The position numbers were made by a program, and so were the translations under genes. DNA of 55,579 nt, from positions 1 to 55,579 of the forward strand of contig NZ_DATMVN010000785.1 in assembly GCF_035563135.1 (NCBI RefSeq). The letters are read 5' to 3'. Every line of letters starts with the position of its first letter. The first letter of the stretch is position 1. Shown piece after piece: positions 50,413-55,579 of this stretch. The notes under the pieces are model-generated. The model was not told the origin of the DNA, searched no databases, and was given only the letters and a program-made list of their open reading frames with translations. The stretch comes from Streptomyces sp. (lineage in GTDB: Bacteria > Actinomycetota > Actinomycetes > Streptomycetales > Streptomycetaceae).

Positions 50413-51326
50413 CCATGCTTCCCGACCTACCAGTGGCAGTGCTTCCGGAACCGGAGCCCGCCGGTCTCATGACAGCGCTGCATGCTTCAGGCGTTCGACT
50501 AGCTCCGTTAGCCCGGGCTCAGGGCTTGATCTGGACCGGCGAGCAGCCCTCGGTGCTGGCAGCTGCACTGGAGTGCGCGCCGTCGGTGCGCTGGGTTCAG
50601 CTGGCGAGCACCGGCGTCGAAAGCTACCTGCCGCTCATGGATCAGAAGATCCGCTGGAGCCGGGCCGTGGGCGTCCAGTCCGAGCTGGTAGCTGAACACG
50701 CCCTCATGCTCGCGCTGACCGTGCTGCGTCAGGGCACTGCCTCCGTGAGGGCCGGCGCGTGGCTGCCTCGCCCCGCCATCGGGCTGACGGACGCCGAGGT
50801 CCTTGTGGTGGGCGGCGGCGGCATTGCCCGGGCACTGCTCGCACTGCTGCGCCCGTTCAGGGTCCGCGCCAAGGTGGTATGCCGCGGCGGCGCCCCGATG
50901 GCGGGCGCCGAGGTCGGCACGCCCGATCGCCTCGACGAATGGTTTCCCGAGGCCCGTGTGGTCTTCCTCGCGGCGCCACTGACCGCGGAAACGGCCGGTC
51001 TGATCGACGCAGTCAGACTCAGGTCCATGCGTCGGGACGCGTGCCTGGTGAACGTGGCGCGCGGCGGGCTCGTCATCACAGATGACCTCGTTCGTGCGCT
51101 GACCTCCGGGTGGATTGCCGGCGCGGGCCTGGACGTCACCGACCCCGAGCCGCTTCCTCCGGAGCACCCGCTGTGGTCCCTTCCCACCTGTGTGATCACC
51201 GCGCACTGTGCGGGCGATCTGGATTACGCACTCGGACCCTTCGTCGACCTGGTCCGGCGCAACATTCGGCGACTGGCGAACGGCCTTGAGCCGATCGGCC
51301 TGGTCGACCGGGAACTCGGTTACTAG
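50409..51326 (+). CDS. D-isomer-specific 2-hydroxyacid dehydrogenase
   Basis: VAEHAL, VVGGGGIA, NVARG, LDVTDPEPLP, ITAHCAG. Confidence 0.9.
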   Translation: MTMLPDLPVAVLPEPEPAGLMTALHASGVRLAPLARAQGLIWTGEQPSVLAAALECAPSVRWVQLASTGVESYLPLMDQKIRWSRAVGVQSELVAEHALMLALTVLRQGTASVRAGAWLPRPAIGLTDAEVLVVGGGGIARALLALLRPFRVRAKVVCRGGAPMAGAEVGTPDRLDEWFPEARVVFLAAPLTAETAGLIDAVRLRSMRRDACLVNVARGGLVITDDLVRALTSGWIAGAGLDVTDPEPLPPEHPLWSLPTCVITAHCAGDLDYALGPFVDLVRRNIRRLANGLEPIGLVDRELGY

Positions 51327-51349
51327 CCGACTGTCAGGAAGAGCGGGAC

Positions 51350-54300
51350 ATGATGACCGAGTCAACCACTACTCCGAAGACCACGCACCCGACCGGAGCA
51401 CCCATGGGCAACCGACAGATCGAGAGGATCTCCCTCCTGCAGGAGCAGATCTGGATTGCTGAACAACTCGCTCCGGGCCGCAGCGTTTACGGAATACCGA
51501 TGGTGATCCGACTGCGTGGCGCGTTGGACACGGAGCTCGCCGAGCGCTGCGTGACCGAGATCGTGAGTCGGCATGAGGTGCTGCGCTCGCGGGTGGGCGA
51601 GGAGAACGGTGAAATTTACCTGATCACAGATCCGCCGCAGCCCTTCGCGCTGCCTGTGTTCGACTTTCGCTCCCGGCCCGACGAATGGCGTGTGTTCGTC
51701 GAGACCGCCGCTCGCGAGCCCTTCGACCTTGTGCACGGTCCGCTGTTGCGGGCTGCTGCGCTACGTCTTGAGGATGACGCCTACGTGTTTTTCCTCAACA
51801 TGCACCACATCGTTGCGGACGGTTGGTCGCTGCGTCTGTTCTGGACCGAGTTCGCCGCGCTCTACGCCGCATGGCACGCGGGCGGTGAGCCCGATCTGCC
51901 TGACCTCACCATGCAGTACCACGACTTCGCCGCCGAACAGCGGCGCATCACCGAGGACGGCGGGTACAGCAACGTGCTCGACGCGTGGGCTCGGGAATTG
52001 GCCGGTGCGACGACGATCCTCGCGCTGCCGGTCGATCACAGTTCAGGAGCGTCCCGGGACTACCGGGGGGATGCGTTCACGACAGTGGTGCCAGAGCAAC
52101 TGCGGGCCGATACCTACGTCTGCGCCAAGCGGCTCGGGGTCACGCCCTTCGCGATGCTCGGCGGTGTGTGGGGCGTGCTGCTGGCCCGCTGCACCCGTCA
52201 GGACGACCTGCTGATCGGAACACCTCTGGCCGGCCGGACCCGGCCCGAGTACCAGTCGCTCATCGGGCTGTTCGCCAACACCGTGCCCTTGCGACTGCGG
52301 CTGGACGCGGACGTGTCCTTCGCCTCCCTGGTCCGCGAACTCCAGCTGAGTACTTTCGACGCGCTCTCCTCACAAGACGCGCCTTTCTCCGAGCTTGTCA
52401 AACGGGTCGACTCCCAACGGACCTCGCGTGAGACCCCGCTCTTCCAGACGATGTTCTCCTTCGAGCAGTCCACGGAGTTCGAGGCCACGCTGCCGGACTG
52501 CGCGGTGACGGAGCTATACGAGTTGTCCAATGGCGGGGCCCGGTTCCGTCTCAGTCTCGGAGCTGTGGACGCGCTGGGGGAGCTGAGCCTTCAGTTCGAA
52601 TACGACAGTGAGCTGTTCGACCCGGGCACCATCGAGGCAATGGCCGAAAGCTACCTGGCGCTGCTCGGCGAGGCCGTGTCCCACCCCGAGCTCCCACTGG
52701 GAGCGCTTCGCACATCGACCGACGCCGCGCCCGATCGGGAGCTCACCGGCCGACCCGTGCCGGGGGACGAGCCGGCCACCCTGCACGCGCTGTTCGAGCG
52801 ACGGGTCCGACAGAGCCCGGATGCACCGGCGATCGAGCGTGAAGACGGTACTCCAGTCAGTTACGCACAGCTCAACAGCCAGGCCAACCGGCTCGCGCGG
52901 CATCTGCGTCAGCTAGGCCTTCGCACGGGCGAGCGGGTGGCGCTCGCCTTGCCCCATGGCTCCTCCTGGCCGTCCGCCGTGCTCGCCGTGCTGAAGGCGG
53001 GCGGGGCCTACGTCCCTGTGGCTCCGGACGCGCCCGGCAGCCGCAAGGCCCACGTCCTCACCGAGACCGCGCCCCGCTTGGTGCTCACGGTCATGGACCT
53101 TGTCGAGGACTTTGCCGGGGCCCACCACGTACTCGCCCTCGACGATCCGGAGGTTGCTTCCTCGATCGAGGCCCAGACCGATGAAGATCTCGAGGACATC
53201 GCCGTGGCAGCCCGTCAGGTCGCCTATGTCCCGTTCACCTCCGGCTCGACGGGAGTGCCCAAGGGCACCCTCGTCACCCATGTCAACCTGACCGCGTTCA
53301 CCCGTGCCGCGGTGGACACGTTCGATCTGGGCCCGGAAGACAGGATGCTGCAGCTCGCCGCGATGACCTTCGACGTACATGTCGAGGAGCTCTTCCCCAC
53401 CTGGCTGGCCGGCGGGTGCGTCGTCTTTTTCGATGGCGTGCTCGGCCGGACCAGCCCGGAGGAACTGCTGCACCTCCTCGGAGAGCGCGAGATCACTCTA
53501 TGTGAGCTCCCCACCGCCTACTGGATCGAAGTAGTGCGCCTGATCGACCCGGCTGTTGTCCCCATTCCGCAAACCTTGCGGCGAGTGCTGGTCGGCGGCG
53601 AACGCGCGCCGATCGAGGTCTACCAGCGTTGGTTGGACTTCGGGATTCCGCTCACCAATGTCTATGGGCTCACCGAAACGGCGGTGACCAGCACGACTTA
53701 CCAGCCCGGTGCTGACTTCGACCGCGAGGCGCTGCCGATCGGACGACCAATGCCGCACGCCGCCGTCTACGTGCTCGACGCTTTGCTCGCACCGGTTGGA
53801 CGCGGCGTGCCAGGAGAGATCTACCTGGCCGGCCCCGGCATCTCCGACGGCTTGCTCAACCGGCCCGAGCAGACCGCCGAGCGCTTCTTGGCGGACCCCT
53901 TTGCGGCCGAGCCGGGCGCACGTATGTATCGCACCGGCGACCAAGGCCGATGGACTACCGAAGGTGACCTCGAATTTCTCGGCCGCGTGGACCGTCAGCT
54001 CAAACTGCGCGGCCACCGGGTCGAGCTCGCCGAGATCGAATCGGTGCTCGACGGCCATCCGGACGTGGCGCGCAGCCTGGTCGTGCCTCGGCGCACCGAG
54101 GCTGACCCAGCGGCCGAGCTTGAGCTGATCGCGTTCCTGATCGGTGCGTACGCCGACGAGGCAACAGTCGCGGCGTACGTTCGTACCCAGCTTCCCCCAC
54201 ACCTGGTTCCGGCTCAAATCTCAGTAGTGGAACGGTTCCCGCTCACCTCGCACGGCAAGGTTGACCAAGCAGCCTTGCTCGCGCTGCAGAGCCGCGAGCG

Positions 54301-54565
54301 TGTCGTCCCCGAGGAAGCGCAGGGCAGCGAGCTCGAAGTCAAGGTCGCGGAGGTCTACTGTGAGGTACTCAAAGTACCGACGATCGACCTGCGGACGGAC
54401 ATCTTTGCGCTGGGTTTCCACTCTCTGGCCGCGCTGCGGCTCGTTTCCCGCCTCAAGAGTGTGTTCACGGTGCAAGTCCCGATTGCCGAGTTCTTCGGGG
54501 ACTCCTCAGTCACCAACGCCGCCCGCCTGATCGTGGCGGCGGGGGCCGACCAACCAGTCGGCTGA
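51350..54565 (+). CDS. NRPS module C-A-PCP (predicted basic amino acid)
   Basis: HHIVADGWS, FTSGSTGVPKG, manual code DVEELGVVT, PCP GFHSL; no TE. Confidence 0.92.
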   Translation: MMTESTTTPKTTHPTGAPMGNRQIERISLLQEQIWIAEQLAPGRSVYGIPMVIRLRGALDTELAERCVTEIVSRHEVLRSRVGEENGEIYLITDPPQPFALPVFDFRSRPDEWRVFVETAAREPFDLVHGPLLRAAALRLEDDAYVFFLNMHHIVADGWSLRLFWTEFAALYAAWHAGGEPDLPDLTMQYHDFAAEQRRITEDGGYSNVLDAWARELAGATTILALPVDHSSGASRDYRGDAFTTVVPEQLRADTYVCAKRLGVTPFAMLGGVWGVLLARCTRQDDLLIGTPLAGRTRPEYQSLIGLFANTVPLRLRLDADVSFASLVRELQLSTFDALSSQDAPFSELVKRVDSQRTSRETPLFQTMFSFEQSTEFEATLPDCAVTELYELSNGGARFRLSLGAVDALGELSLQFEYDSELFDPGTIEAMAESYLALLGEAVSHPELPLGALRTSTDAAPDRELTGRPVPGDEPATLHALFERRVRQSPDAPAIEREDGTPVSYAQLNSQANRLARHLRQLGLRTGERVALALPHGSSWPSAVLAVLKAGGAYVPVAPDAPGSRKAHVLTETAPRLVLTVMDLVEDFAGAHHVLALDDPEVASSIEAQTDEDLEDIAVAARQVAYVPFTSGSTGVPKGTLVTHVNLTAFTRAAVDTFDLGPEDRMLQLAAMTFDVHVEELFPTWLAGGCVVFFDGVLGRTSPEELLHLLGEREITLCELPTAYWIEVVRLIDPAVVPIPQTLRRVLVGGERAPIEVYQRWLDFGIPLTNVYGLTETAVTSTTYQPGADFDREALPIGRPMPHAAVYVLDALLAPVGRGVPGEIYLAGPGISDGLLNRPEQTAERFLADPFAAEPGARMYRTGDQGRWTTEGDLEFLGRVDRQLKLRGHRVELAEIESVLDGHPDVARSLVVPRRTEADPAAELELIAFLIGAYADEATVAAYVRTQLPPHLVPAQISVVERFPLTSHGKVDQAALLALQSRERVVPEEAQGSELEVKVAEVYCEVLKVPTIDLRTDIFALGFHSLAALRLVSRLKSVFTVQVPIAEFFGDSSVTNAARLIVAAGADQPVG

Positions 54566-54993
54566 CTGACCGTGAGTGAGACGACCGCCACCACCACGAG
54601 CCGGAGGGCCTTCCGCATGCTCTGACCAGAGGCTTCACAAGCCCAGCTCGAATCAGGCGTGGCGACCCTCACTGCTCGAACATCCCGGTGGACTCGACCT
54701 GAGCCGCCGGGGCCGTTGGAAAGGAATTACTGACTTCTTCGGGTTGTTGCCACGTCGTGGGTGAGGCTGAGTCCGGTGCCGGCAAGACAGTCGTCGATTC
54801 GTTCCGCTTGTCCCGGCCGAACCGCAGATCTGCGATTCCTTTCACCTGTTTCTGTTCCACATGTTTCGCGATGACTCATCATGTGAAGAGCGCGGTGCTC
54901 GGAAGCTGTCGCTCCTGGTTCAAAGTCCCAGAGAAGTCCCAGAGAATCCGTCACACCCCACCCCACCTCGTATTTGTGCAGGTCGGAAGGGGT

Positions 54994-55579
54994 GTGACGG
55001 TGTTTCTTCTGGCGGAAGCACCTCCCGTACGGATAGTCGGCTACCACGACGGTCCTTTCGGCCTGAGCCCCGAGCTACTGGATGAGAGGTTGTTCTGGAT
55101 GGGGCACCTCTACTCCTGTGCTGAGGGTGGAGCCGGTGGGCTGATGTTCGGACCCGGCTATGCCTGGGCGGAACACCGGGCCTACCAGATGCGTCTGTGG
55201 CAGCGGGCCGACTGGCCCGTCTGCACCATCCCGCCCGCTGAGGGGCACCAGCTCCACGTTGTCCACCGCGCCGTTCCTGGCGAGGTGGGGGTGGACTACC
55301 TGGTGGACCATTCCGACTGGGAGCAAGCCGAGCTGCTCTCGCGTAACGACGGGCACTTCATGAGCCCCGGACTGTCCTGGCCGGACCTGGTCGCTGCTGC
55401 GGACAACGGTCTGCCTGGCGGCACCGTCGCAGACCTCCATGCCCGCTTGTTGCTCCTGCCGCCCGCCTTCGGGGACGCCGCCGCACCGCCGGAGGCCGTC
55501 GACCGCCTGGCCGCAGCGTTGCTTGCCCGCCTGGGCTCGCAGTCCGCAGCGCCGCTCGCCACGACCATGCTCGAAGCTC
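54994..55579 (+). CDS. Hypothetical protein, 3'-partial (not in the ORF track)
   Basis: Frame is open from GTG 54994 to the window end: ...LLDERLFWMGHLY...GVDYLVDHSDW...GHFMSPGLSWPDL...; purine-rich RBS upstream. Confidence 0.6.
   Translation, partial: MTVFLLAEAPPVRIVGYHDGPFGLSPELLDERLFWMGHLYSCAEGGAGGLMFGPGYAWAEHRAYQMRLWQRADWPVCTIPPAEGHQLHVVHRAVPGEVGVDYLVDHSDWEQAELLSRNDGHFMSPGLSWPDLVAAADNGLPGGTVADLHARLLLLPPAFGDAAAPPEAVDRLAAALLARLGSQSAAPLATTMLEA

Noticed and set aside
38551-54565. Viomycin/capreomycin or streptothricin cluster
   Set aside because: Diagnostic genes (Dap synthesis, lysine 2,3-aminomutase, carbamoyl/glycosyl transferases, resistance enzymes) are absent and the predicted A-domain substrates do not fit.
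1-55579. CRISPR arrays, tRNA/rRNA genes, integrase or att sites
   Set aside because: No regularly spaced repeats or RNA-gene signatures were seen by eye; a covariance-model scan would be needed to exclude small RNAs.

Overview
High-GC actinomycete (Streptomyces-like) DNA with three zones. (1) 1-19600 is the 3' part of a salicylate/thiazoline NRPS metallophore cluster whose gene order matches the S. coelicolor coelibactin locus: two Cys-specific Cy-NRPSs, two reductases, a CYP105N-like P450, TEII, methyltransferase, two ABC transporters and salicylate synthase. (2) About 19700-27350 is a decaying metal-homeostasis patch: a CmtR-like ArsR, a CDF exporter, a cmtR pseudogene, a His-rich repeat protein behind a Zur-like box, a truncated Zn-independent S18, IS701/IS5 remnants and other pseudogenes, plus an AraC regulator. 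(3) About 27500-54600 is a second, partly eroded cluster that I cannot match to a known product. It carries VioC/VioD-like capreomycidine enzymes, four dissociated adenylation modules (predicted His, Tyr, a basic amino acid, and a basic acid lacking an alpha-amine), three C domains, MbtH, MFS, an aminotransferase/2-hydroxyacid dehydrogenase pair, a P450 and an AT-less KS-ACP fused to a carboxylic-acid-reductase-type R domain. Zone 3 is the best candidate for an undescribed system. All calls come from motif reading and recall, not database searches.
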